64,000 bases of DNA, from assembly GCA_012295275.1 (NCBI GenBank), contig CM022665.1, positions 21,576,001 through 21,640,000 of the forward strand. Reading direction: 5' to 3'. Below are positions 42,597 through 54,624 of the stretch, one piece after another. The position numbers were made by a program, and so were the translations under genes. Positions within the stretch are counted from its first letter, which is position 1, and the number at the start of each line of letters is the position of its first letter. The DNA comes from Chrysomallon squamiferum. Lineage: Eukaryota > Animalia > Mollusca. The notes under the pieces were generated by a model. The model did not search any database. It was given only the letters and a program-made list of their open reading frames with translations, and had not been told where the DNA came from.

Positions 42597-43354
42597 TTAC
42601 TATTATTAATATTACGTCTTTTTGTTGTTGTTGTTGTTTTTAATATATTATTATATGCATTTTCCTGTTTGTAATTCGTACTAAGAGATAACTCTTGGAT
42701 TTCAGTCCTCTAATGAAACAAGAGTTATCTCCTATGTACCACCACTTTACATCTAACGTGCTTCTCATGTTTGGTTTGAAGGCGAGTAAGTATTAATTCT
42801 GTGCATATTAATTAATTTATTCATGTTACCTAGTTATTATGTTAGGGTCAAATGATAGAAATGTCAGAACCATGTAGACACCGATATAATTATCTCTTTT
42901 TTTGTGTGTGTATGACTTCTGACTTACAGAATTTACGAAATATGAACTTCAGTTACACGAGGGAAGTAATTTTTGGAATAGACCTGAAAAACTATTGTCG
43001 ATGCATTCAAGATGAAATTATTTGTCCGGAAAAAGTGTAGAAAGCAAGACAGACGTTTATGTCTATATAAAAATAACGTTTCTTTCTTTATTCATTATTA
43101 TTATTATTATCATTATTTAAATACTTTTTATCTGCCCTTTGTTTCTGCTGTATATCGAAAAATGTCTAGTATATTACATTACGTTTCATTTGTAACAGTG
43201 AAAATAGCTAGTATATGGAAAAAACAAAAGAAAAACCATTTATTTATTTATTCTTTCATTCATTCACTGCCTCGTTGATTTGTACTGTTCTCCGTTGTGT
43301 TTACTATTAAACTGACGTTAGAATTTTTATCTATTGTAGTGTTCGTTTTTATTA

Positions 43355-43391
<37 letters not shown>

Positions 43392-44461
43392 TTTTTTTTC
43401 ATAGCTTAAGAATTTAACATTCTATGATGTTGATTTGTAGGACTCAATACGATTGGTCTGTAGATCGTCGTATTTTAATAACATTGAGAAATGTAACGGT
43501 ATGTAATAACTATTTTAGTTCGGAGTTGAGGGGTTTTGTTGTTTGTGTCCGGGTTTTTTTTGTGTTTTTTTTTTTTTCTGTTCCGTCCCTCCCCCGCCTC
43601 AGTGTTTACTTTTCAGTAATTGCCAATTTTTAACTGCATGCCTCAAGTAGTAATTACATGATACACGTGTTCGGTAATTTTATTCAGACCTCACTTTCAC
43701 TAGTTATATTTACGTCATTTATTTATTATTTATTTTCAATGGCGTTGCTTGGATATTTGATATCGGTTATTTATCTTTAAGCTTAGCCATGCCAGTGACA
43801 TAATGTATTTTTCAGATATCGAATCGCTATCAAATCTTAGCAACGAAGCACTCCATTCAAACGCTTGTCTTACCTTTACACTTATTTTCTCAACTGTGCA
43901 CCGATCTATAGTAAGAATCAGTTCAGCTATTTCGATTATAATTCAAGTTTTAAAAGGATATTCAGCAATTTTCTTTTATTTGTTTATTTTCATAATTTTA
44001 TTTTTGTTAATTTACGTTTTTTAAAATAATATTAACCACATCAAATCGAGAACCGATACATTATATGGGGATAAAATTCGTTTCACTAACATTTAAATAA
44101 ACATGGTTAACTCACATTTTTTTAGAATAAAAATACACAAGTTATCCATAATTTTAAGATTATAGGTTCATTTTCACCAAAATAAAAGCTGAGAAACCTT
44201 TTATTTCACCCCCACCATCCCCTTTCCTTCCTTCGTTCGTTGTATACACCCCTGGTCACTTTTCACACCTGTAACAAGTTATGGTAAATGCCGATTTAAT
44301 TCTGAGACGATATTATTGTCCACGACAGATGACCTTTCAAGTTGTTATTTAAGCAAGCAATATATATGGTCTTTGTGTAATGTTATAGGGACGTTTTTGA
44401 AAAAGATTTGACATTCTTACTATATTAACTGAAGTGTCAACTTTTAGTAATAATTTAAATA

Positions 44462-44467
44462 TTTATT
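44462..44467 (-). terminator. Candidate poly(A) signal of AK-A
   Basis: AATAAA on the minus strand about 810 nt after the stop, near where CpG depletion ends; alternatives at 44552-44557 and near 44876. Confidence 0.35.
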
Positions 44468-45274
44468 TTACAGTTCCATAAAGATGTATTCTGCCAAATA
44501 AAAATATAAAAAAATTGGAAAGTGCAAACTGCAGATCCATAAATTTCTGAATTTATTAATTATATTCACTTGTTCAGATTTACAAGTTATCTGCATGTTC
44601 TTGTGTGTGCATGAAATTTAAAAAAAAACAAAGGAAAAAGTATACAGAAACTTCAACAGATGGAAAATAAAACCTTCAAATTTTACAAGAATCATTTAGT
44701 TTTTTTTTTTTTTTTTCAAATATTGTACAGAAAATATTTACAAGCTTTGCAATTCAAGAAATACCAACAAGAAAAATAAGTTGCTTTTTAAAAGTAATGG
44801 AATACTTTGTTTTGTTCAACATTTTCATAGACTAGCAAATAATAAAGAACAAAGGAAAATTTCATTCTGAATTTTTTTATTGGTTTTGAAAACGGTGGCT
44901 TTGGTGCAACAACTGACATTCGTATCACAGGCAAATCCTGGGAAATGGGTGAACAATTTTAAATTTTAATTTTAAATTTTTTTAAAACTAAGAACACAGC
45001 TGTACCCACACAAACTATTATAAAGTATGACAACAGGAAAAGAAAAACAAATTTTGTTGTCACACAAGGAACCGATATGCAAGCCCCAAAAAACAACTCG
45101 ATCATCTGATGATGAAAAACAATTCAACAAGAATCTTTGCAGCTGAATGCTGGCAATATCCAGTTAAAAAACTCTGTAAACAAGTTCCCAATTACATTTT
45201 TATAAAAAACAAAAGGGTTTGTTTTCAGTTGTGTCACATGATCTATGTACAAGTCTGAAATAAGTAATACTGAA

Positions 45275-45426
45275 CTATTTCCCTTGCAGTTTCTTCTCTT
45301 CAGCAATGACAGCTTCCACTCCTCTGCGCATCTCCTGCACTGCCTCGAACTCGGTCAGACCCAGACGGCGCTTGTTGGAAATATCATAAATTCCGCCTAC
45401 ACTTTCAGTGTGCTCTCCATGTATTC
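45275..45426 (-). CDS. AK: AK-A terminal exon 5 ([26 protein letters not shown]...EKKLQGK*)
   Basis: Not in the ORF track; translated by hand. Acceptor ccacccag|GA, TAG at 45277-45275. Confidence 0.95.
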
Positions 45427-46719
45427 CTGGGTGGAGGGAAAAAGGAAAATTAATTTTCCAGTTTTAAAAACTGCAACCCAGTACTAAATTTGTCATCCAA
45501 GATACTATCAAAGTTGTTAAAAAAAAAAAAAAAAAAAAATTCTTAAACTTGTAGGCAATTTGAAATATAATGTATCAGTATATTAATTGTTATACAGGCT
45601 GTTTGTAGACATTACATTTCAAGAATAATGCTCAGGACACTTAAATTTGAAGTTAAAAAGCTAAATCTGTTAATGGAATCAGAAATAAACTTGAAAAATG
45701 AACTTTAAAAATTTGCTAACTAATCTTATTTCTCCCTACTGTCTACAACTATCAGCAATTATCAAGTACTTTAGCTTGCTTGTTAAATTTTAAATTTATT
45801 TCAAACATTCTTCTGTTCATTGTCTTCCACTGGACAAAGTTTGAAGTAAACAACTTACCTCTAGCCTGAATGTTGAGTTTGTCACAGAATGCCTTGAAGT
45901 CTGGGGTTGCTGAGAGTTTGGGGATCTTGATGTGCACTGAGGCACGGAGTGTGGTTCCCAGGTTGCTGGGACAGAATGTCAGGTACCCAAGACCATCACG
46001 TTTTGCGAATCGTAGACCACTGTCTTGCAACTGGTTGACAGCCTGAATAATCAAAAGTAAAGAATATGTATATCAAATTTAATAACCAGGAGGTAAACAA
46101 TTACTTCCTTGTGTTACCTTTCTTACAACTGGCCATGAGGTACAAGAAATGTAAATTTCAGATTTTACCATTTTGCATTTATTTCATGAACTACTTGCAA
46201 TACAAAACTATTTTATGTCTAAATTACTTTTAATATAAATGACAGAAATTGAAAAGTTTATATATACTTCTGTATTTTTTGTACGTTTCTGTTGCTTCAA
46301 CTTTGTTATTCCTCCCCTTTTGCAACAGAATGAGATTACCAAACACAGATCCACATTCATCAAACAGCCTTTAAAAAAAGAAAACTTACGTTCACAAGCC
46401 TCGTGTACACCTCTCCAAGGTTACCTCCCTTCTGCATGGAGATGAATCGGAGGTGATCCTCCTCATTCACCCAGGTGAGGAACTTCTTGTCATCAGAGAA
46501 GTAGATTCCACGACCAATGGGCCAGTCATTGTAACCACCAGCCTCTCGCAAGAACCTGTCATGGTCGTTGAACAGGAAATGGTCATCTGTTAGCTGCTTC
46601 TGGGTTTCTGGGCTCATACCCTCAAGAGGGTAGTATTTTCCCTTCAGATCACCCTTCAGGGTACCAAGAGCTTTTACAGTTTCCTTTTCCATCGCGATGC
46701 GGTCCTGAAATTAAAAGAT

Positions 46720-46751
<32 letters not shown>

Positions 46752-48894
46752 GAATGTTTTGGTCAAAACATTCTAATAACAGTGTGTAGTTTTAAAATTT
46801 AATCATTCTGATGTCAGAATTTAAAAATATTAATCAGCTCCCTTTGGTATATTCCATTTTCAGTTTTATTTCCAATGGACAAATACATGAACAGATACTA
46901 AATAGTCAAGTACAATTCTGAATTCCAGTATGTCAGCAATACAATACCATTATAACTCAAATGTAAAAATATAAAATCTGATGCTTATGAATTTGAGCTT
47001 AGCTCAATTCATCAAATCAAATTTTCATGCAGTGAACAGCTTAAATATATATCAGTATTTACAGACTTGTGAAATGGACTTTCAAGACAATCATTTACAT
47101 TGTGTTGTAAAACTAATTTTAATACACATTTTAATTTAAAAAAAAAAAATTATATATTTTTATTATTACTGTTAATTTAAATGGAAATTTAACAAAATGA
47201 ATGTACATTTAAATTTTGTTATTTAAAAATCACCTCTTTGGTAAGAACAGGTGGAAAGCCATAGCTATCATGACTTCGGCCAATTCGGACGCGAGTCGAC
47301 ACGATCATCTCGCCAGATGGATCAAGGTCGCCAAAGCCCAGTTTGCTCACATCGCCGAAATCAGGTTTCGGGTGATTGAGTTTGTCAACCTTGTGGTAGT
47401 CCTTGATAACTTCATCAAGAACAAGCGCGAAGGTCGTGTACGCCTCGGGGTCACAGGCGTAGATTCCCACACCACTGTCCAGATTAATACATCCTGAAAA
47501 CAGGAATTAAAATTTAGAAGACTTACACCCATCTGCTTTTTCCCCCCTAAGATGCGCACGGTTCGATGCAAACTCAATATTAATTTGCGACTAAATTTAT
47601 AATTTCTTCCACATTTTGTCAGACGAAAGAAGCTGACACCTCCCCCACCTATTTGCCACGTGCACTGAACGATTCGTTATCTTGTCATTTACGGATGCCA
47701 CGTAAGATTAGCGACGCTGAGAGACGCCCGGCCGAGTACGAAAGAAAAAAATGTTTCTAAACAAAAATATTCGTTAAAAAAAAACATTCTGATCTATCAA
47801 TACTTTTGAAATACTGCCAGAAACACCTTTTTCCCATATGTGCTTTGACCTACAGAGAAAAAACCTTACCTGATCGAATGCAGTCGGCAAGCGTGCCGCC
47901 AAACTTAGTTTTCAAGCCTTTTAGTTTGTCGAACCTTTGCTGCGTTAAATGCTTTTTCAACAGGGATTTACAGTCGGTTGCAGTTTTCAGTTTATTCCAT
48001 AGTTCGTCTACAGACAGCTTGGATGGACCCTTGGACATTGTTATCACAGAAGGAAAAGAAAACGACCTGTATGACCAAAATACAACTAACGCTAGTGTAC
48101 ACTCCCTGTCTCTAGACAACCGGCGTTGCGAACTTCGACTGCTTTTATATTTCGTGACGTCAGCGGTAAGGCAACGGTCATCCAATGAAAATTTGATACA
48201 GGAACCGACGTGTCCAGTGACTGACGTGCCGGTTCACTGCTTTTTAATTTGAATATACGTATTAATAAAAATGATAGGAAGAAATAATGAAATGACAACG
48301 AACATGATTTGTTTATTGATTCGATTTCATCGATAAAAAAAAATATATATATATATACTTTTCTCTAAATACAAACATGACAATACATGTCTAATTTCTC
48401 ATGAATGCAAATTTATTCCGTTAAATTGTATACTTTACTTCAACTTTTCGAACGCAAGGTGCACAAAAAGTGCATAAACGTGCGAGTTGTTAATAATTAA
48501 TGACGTATTCAGTAGGCACTTAATGTCTCGCATGAAATGGCTATAATTTGGTTATTTTGTTTTACTAATGTTTCGACATTACTCACTCACTGCGCGTTTC
48601 CCGTAACACCCCTCCCACCCCCTTGCACACATACAGCCAGTGAAACATTTGTGTAAATTTTACTGAGGTGGTGTACAGCCATTTGTTTCTGGCTCGTTGA
48701 CCTTTAAACTTTGTCCCTAGATAGAGAAAATTAAACAGTGCTCCGAAGTCAAATATTTGTCTGCGTGGGGCAGTTTAACCGCAAACTAAATTTTCCCTTA
48801 CAGTTCCCCCCCCCAGGTCATCCTTTTTTTCTTTGCCGCTGTTTAACGAACACTACCCACCATGCTTTCTCCGTTCCATAAACAAAGCGGCTGG

Positions 48895-48938
<44 letters not shown>

Positions 48939-51900
48939 GTATGTTTGTCATTAACAGACTTGTTCAGAATAAAAATTGTCAGCGAAGTAAAATCAATTAA
49001 CTGCAAGTAAAGAGAACTATGCGCTCAACGATATACAGACATTTCGCCTTTTGTACAAAACTATACGCACCCAGTGAATGCTGACCCGGTATATAATCGT
49101 CCAGTGCTAAAATAAACTTTAGGGGGGGGCGAGAGTATGGGAGGGTATATAAAATATTCCCGTTACCAACCTGAACGAATGCAATCTTCGAGCCCTCCAT
49201 TAAATCTCGTTCTTTTATCTTTAAGGGCGTTGAATCTCTCCTCAGTTAGATGTTTTTTAAGTAACGAATGACATTCTGACGAAGAAGCATTTTTCAACTT
49301 GTCGTACAATTCCTGCACAGTCGAATTACCCCCACCCGCGTCCTTTTTCTGTTGACCATAGATGGCTCTGTACATGATCTGAAAATCTCGCAATATAGTC
49401 CCACGAATCGGCTGGGTGCGTGCAGGTTATGGTTGTGAGAGGTAAGGCAGTTTAACATTGTGGTTTCCATCAACAAACCTCCAGCTTGACAACCAATAAC
49501 CCAGTGACAATAGTCAACCGGAATAGCCGATTACTACAGTCAAAGGGAATTACCAGGCTTAAGCAAGCCAGACGACAGTTTTCAGTACGTGTAGATTTAG
49601 TATCTACTATCTAGTTGACGTCATTACAAGTTCAAATTCTTTGTTATCGTTATAATTATTAAAATAAACGTGCTCGAAAAGTAATTAGAAAAAAAATATA
49701 TAATAAAGTAGTCTTTGATTAAAGTTTAATTTTCACCCCTACAAAATCTCTAACATTTTAAAATGTAAAAGATTTCAAGATTTGTACGAATTGATTTACC
49801 GTGACCATAAAGTTATTATATTTCGTTACGCATCAACAATTTTTATTATTTCTGTGAAGTATGTGCATTCTACTTCATTTACTTTTACCTCTACCTCTAC
49901 TGAATAGAAAAATGAAATAAACTGAATTATCTGACTTTACAATGAAATTACAAGAAACCGTTTACAATTTGCACCTGGTACCGACCAGTGTCATTTACGC
50001 AATACGTAAAACCTATCGCCGACACTTTAGTTAGTTCAATTAATACTCCATTAATTATTGAAGTGCAGACAGTAGGTATGTCAATATACAACTCAAAATT
50101 TTGGCAGCTATTCAAAATCTGTTCCATACCAAGCTTACGACTTGCTTACGAATAAAAAATTGTCACAATAAATGTTTAGGCATTGTTTTGTATTGTATAG
50201 CAACATGTTGCTAATAGCGCATTACGAATCTGCAGTTTGAATGCGTGCGCGTGTATATGTAATCTATAATCATTCGATACATTGTTAAACTTGAACAATG
50301 AAATGCTACAGAATTCTCACTGTTGAACATTATTTATTCCCTAACAGACATTATCTGCTCCGTGTATGTCGAAATCGCAGTGGTTAAGCTATTAATTTGA
50401 TGCGTTACTTGCTTCTTATATAGTCACTGCTTGCTAGCGACCGTTATAAGATACTTAAGACTCTAACGCTTCTTGTAACGATACTTTGGGGAAGAAAACT
50501 CAATTTGTTATCAAGATACACGTTTGTATGTTCAAACAAGTAAGTCCGGACAAAAATCACAGGAACTCGGGGCGTGTTAGAAAGCCATCTTTTCACGACA
50601 AAGTTTCCATCATTTTTATCATTAGTATCATAACTACCATTACTGTTATCCGTTTATCAAACTCATGTGTATTAAGCTAAACAATTTTTTTTTTTAGAAG
50701 TGGAAAAAAAATCGATTCAATCGACTCCAGTTATTGAAAAACGTGTTGATACAAAGTATGCACTGTTATATCGTATATCAGTTATAAGGGGGACATTTAT
50801 CTCAAACTTGAAGTATTTTCAAGGATGTATGGTATATCAATATCAGCTTGGTACTTATCCGCCTTACGATCAGTTTAACGATGTGAGAACGTGGATTATC
50901 GGTACGGGCAGGATTAACGTTTAGACGTGCTAATCACTAATCAGGCTTTTCAGATTAGGATTGATACAATCCGTTTTTCAGATTCCTTCAACAATCTCGA
51001 AAAATTCTCATTAAAAACTGAATTCACCTTCGTCTAAAAAACAAAAAATAATAATGGTCTGAACTTCCAAGTATTATTAATTTTGGTAAATGGGCAATGA
51101 CAACACGAGTTGTAGCTGCAAATGTAAAAACTGAAAATCCATTTCTATCAGTTGGGGAAGGGGAAGGGCCGAAAACAAAAGAAACATTAAAAATAACTAC
51201 GATCCTAAATTGTTTACATGTACAATTTTATGTATCTTATTATTTTTTTTTTTTTTTTAAATAAAAATAAATGATCTTGGTGAATACAAACAGATCACGG
51301 AAATGAGTGAAGCTATACAGAGGACGAACCGGACACTGCTGTTTAAAATGCACAACATCCTAGAGTTGTACATTGGGTCGTGCATTATTACGTCAGGCGT
51401 GTCGAAATGACCTTTCTGTCATCAACTATCAGTCGGCGAGCGGGAAATAAAATGTTACCTAGAATCGATTTTCTTACGTTTTCACCCGTGTGGACGCCAC
51501 GATCTCATTCTGTCCCAAAAAGAAGCCAATATATAAAGGGCATTGTTAAACTGTAGTACAGTTATAAAACAAAACATGCTATTCAAAAATAAAACACGTG
51601 TCGTTTCCTTGCAAGCTTATATATCGATTTAAATTACTGTCGCAATTTCTGATGCATCGCCGACTATGAAACCGTTCGTTTATCGAACAATTTCCACTCG
51701 ATACATGAACCGCTTTATTTATAAAATAAATCCTTCACATTAAACATACAGTTGTTTAACCTGTACCGAGAAGAACTGATCCAGGAAACTCGTCAAAAAC
51801 CCAGCTAAGTACCTACCGACCTTATTCGTTGTACATTTAGCAAACAATACGGCTGTAGTTAATGCTTACATTTAGTAGTCGTGCTATTTGGTTTTATGAA

Positions 51901-52344
51901 ATGGTACTATGGTGGATTGGCTCTAATGGTAATATTTGTGTGGGTAATGGTGATTGAAATGATTTATAATTATGGCGATATGATCGAGATCTCCCCGATA
52001 TAAAGCTTGGAGAATGTATTTATGGGCTTGAAAACGAGGCCGTTTTGATGTCCCGTTACACTACCCGCCGGCGAAATGAAAATAACTAAAAAGACGTTCA
52101 AATGATGCCATTCGTATGCCATACTAAGATTGGTTCCTTTCCAAACAAGAACTGTCTAGCTTTTTTAAAAAGCAAAGTACCATTTCTTAGCATTTGACAC
52201 AAAGTCAAGATTAAAAATAGAATCGTTACAGTAAAACGGAATGTTTATAATTTTTTTTTCTTTTTTTTTCTTTTTAAATCAATGAATGAAATACAGAATA
52301 GTCCCCTTCGACCGACTTAAATTTAATAAAAATTAAAATGCGTG

Positions 52345-52388
<44 letters not shown>

Positions 52389-53093
52389 TGTTATTGGCTT
52401 ACCAAGAGATGTTCGTTATAACGAACATCTCTTTTCGGACATTGGTATTTAAAAACGGGCCGATTTCATTGATTTAACGACAGTCAGTCGAGTGATGTTT
52501 CTCAAGTCCATGTTTACCGATGGTTGGGTTTTGAGTCGAAAGAATTTAGGGCACCTCACGGTGATCGAAGATGTGCGCCGGCTGCTAGTAGTGCGCGCGC
52601 TGTCTATATACGGATCGAAGTCGCGTCTAGCTGCAAATGCCAATTATTTTATCTGGAGTGTATCCAACAACGAAAAGAAAATGTCAAAACTTCGGATAGA
52701 TTACGTTATCAGCATTTGTTTCTATTAGTTTTATTAACAGAATCTAGGTTCCATACAGTTAACATTTGTTGCATCATAATGAACAACAACGAATGATGTG
52801 ACGAAACACTTTAAAAACACTACACTATCGCTAAATCTCTTCATTCATTCGTATAGTCTGGTACGTTATTATACTGAACAAAAAAAAGAAATCGTTTCTG
52901 TTCATTGACGGTTCTGTAAACGTTCCAAATACACAAATAAAAACACTGCAGGTTAATTCATAAAATAAACATAAAATATAAACATTGACGATAAAAGTAG
53001 GTGGTGAGGAGAAAGCTTCAGGGTGCCAGAAACAAAACAAAACAAAAAAATGTATATATATTTTGTCAATTATTATTTTTTTATTATTTTTTA

Positions 53094-53127
<34 letters not shown>

Positions 53128-53292
53128 TTTACCTGACTGAATGCAGTCCGCCAAGGTGCCGCCAAATTTGGTCTTCAGTTCCTTGAGAGCATCGAATCGT
53201 TCCTTCGTCAGATGTTTCTTCAACAAAGATTTACAATCCGCACTCGCTGTGAGTTTAGCAAATAATTCATCGGCAGGCAATTTCGTACACAT
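45275..53292 (-). CDS. AK: Arginine kinase gene AK-A (ATP:guanido phosphotransferase), full span: three alternative first coding exons plus constant exons 2-5
   Basis: Exons join in frame through GT-AG introns (phases 1,0,0,1). Motifs: [76 protein letters not shown]. The short guanidino-specificity loop with Asp/Tyr and the KDYH tyrosine fit arginine specificity. Constant part is 911 nt including the stop. Confidence 0.96.
45859..46042 (-). CDS. AK: AK-A constant exon 4 (AVNQLQ...TFCPSNLGT...NIQAR)
   Basis: Acceptor ttattcag|GCT, 184 nt, donor AG|GTAAGT; contains the active-site Cys motif. Confidence 0.96.
46390..46704 (-). CDS. AK: AK-A constant exon 3 (DRIAMEKE...NEEDH...YTRLVN)
   Basis: Acceptor tttcag|GAC, 315 nt, donor AAC|GTAAGT. 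Confidence 0.96.
47234..47493 (-). CDS. AK: AK-A constant exon 2 ([16 protein letters not shown]...PPVLTKE)
   Basis: Acceptor ttttcag|GA, 260 nt, donor GAG|GTGATT. Confidence 0.96.
47870..48038 (-). CDS. AK: AK-A alternative first coding exon 1c ([14 protein letters not shown]...[10 protein letters not shown]), 359-aa isoform
   Basis: ATG at 48038 (acaATG); 169 nt = 56 codons + 1; donor TCAG|GTAAGG; 376-nt intron to exon 2. Confidence 0.93.
48140..48230 (-). promoter_or_regulatory. Putative core promoter of exon 1c: TATA, CRE and CCAAT
   Basis: TATAAAAGC (TATAAAA at 48149-48143), TGACGTCA at 48155-48162, CCAAT at 48182-48186, further TGACGT near 48223. Confidence 0.7.
49171..49375 (-). CDS. 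AK: AK-A alternative first coding exon 1b ([16 protein letters not shown]...GGLEDCIRS), 371-aa isoform
   Basis: ATG at 49375 (track start 49393 is TTG); 205 nt = 68 codons + 1; donor TCAG|GTTGGT; preceded by acceptor-like TTTTCAG|ATC-ATG. Confidence 0.85.
49490..49625 (-). promoter_or_regulatory. Possible regulatory region upstream of exon 1b
   Basis: TGACGTCA at 49616-49623, CCAAT at 49493-49497; no clear TATA box. Confidence 0.35.
52403..52645 (-). promoter_or_regulatory. Candidate extra promoter and non-coding leader exon for the 1b isoform
   Basis: CpG-rich patch, TATATAG near 52610, CCAAT near 52641, donor TTG|GTAAGC at 52403/52402; only short uORFs. Confidence 0.35.
53133..53292 (-). 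CDS. AK: AK-A alternative first coding exon 1a ([14 protein letters not shown]...[10 protein letters not shown]), 356-aa isoform
   Basis: ATG at 53292 (gccATG); 160 nt = 53 codons + 1; donor TCAG|GTAAAA, phase 1, matches exon 2. Confidence 0.9.
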
Positions 53293-53344
53293 GGCTACTG
53301 CAGGCGGAGAATCACACTTGTACTACTACACAACCCGTTCGGTG

Positions 53345-53390
53345 GATGTGACAACTACAGCTCGCGCACTGCACGCTTTTATAGACGTTG
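53345..53390 (-). promoter_or_regulatory. Putative core promoter of exon 1a
   Basis: TATAAAAGC on the minus strand (TATAAAA at 53383-53377), about 90 nt upstream of the ATG, in a CpG-containing patch. Confidence 0.6.
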
Positions 53391-53610
53391 CTACGATACA
53401 CTTGATGCGTGCACTTCTCGTATTGGCTTGCGATGTTCATTTCTCTCGATATGGCGACAACGACTCGCCTTCCAGTAACTGCTAGCAAACAATGCAATAA
53501 TTGATTAACGTTAGATCACACTATCTAGAATGAGTCTGTAAGGATAGCAGTAACGAAAGGTGTTGTCGTATTTCTGCGTTTTGTCTTCGTTTTTTTTGTT
53601 TTTGTTCTCC

Positions 53611-53690
<80 letters not shown>

Positions 53691-54542
53691 CACACACGCG
53701 TATATATATTATCATTCACGATTACGTTTTTATGTTTATAATTAAGATGTCGTTGATGGTGATAAATATAATAAATTAACAAGTTAAAAAACAAAAGTAA
53801 GGAAAAACATGTCTTTCCTTTTGAAGATCATGACTATCATCATCATCATAATCAGAATGTTCTTCATCAGATATTATTATTATTATTATTATTATTATTA
53901 AGAAAAACATAAATTTATTGTCCCGTTCTTCCCAGTACTCCACGATTTATCTATTAAATGCCATGGTATGTACTTTTCTGTCTGTGTGGAACTAACAAAG
54001 TAACAGTGGCAGCAGCGGGTTTACTCTCTAGCATCATCACTGTACAATATACGACAGCTTACCTGTTTGTCATTGGCAGCTGACTACATATATCAAATAA
54101 TAATAATAATAATTAACAAAACGTGCCAACATTTTTATCCCCTGTTCTAAAAATGAAAAATAATATTAAAAAAATTCCACTATTGGCTTAGCCAATTCGA
54201 CTCTCATCTTCACTGTATTCATTTAACGAATGTGTTTACATTCAGTTTTTTGAATGAATTGTTTACTGATCGTGTGTGTAAATGTTTACTTTCTTTGAAC
54301 CTTGACCTTTCTATTTACAAAAAGACGAGCACGGGCCTATTATAAGCGTTTCCTGTTTTACATCAGATTGTTCGTGCCGCCATTTTCATTTTTAGTAATT
54401 TTCTAAATACTTCCAGACTGCTAAATAAATAATTTAAAACTTTTGTACGTCACATAGACAGACAGATAGACAGAACGATACACTTTGTAAAATACACACA
54501 AATGCATTCATTCATACATACATACATACATACATATATACA

Positions 54543-54576
<34 letters not shown>

Positions 54577-54590
54577 CATACATACATACA

Positions 54591-54624
<34 letters not shown>

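Noticed and set aside
36560-45274. Two-domain AK formed by fusing AK-A and AK-B
   Set aside because: AK-A ends in TAG with no obvious donor just before it, and AK-B exon 1 has a strong Kozak ATG without a convincing acceptor
47850-48185. 111-aa ORF implying a long N-terminal extension of exon 1c
   Set aside because: Its start is TTG, lies upstream of the TATA box and runs through the promoter; the first ATG is 48038
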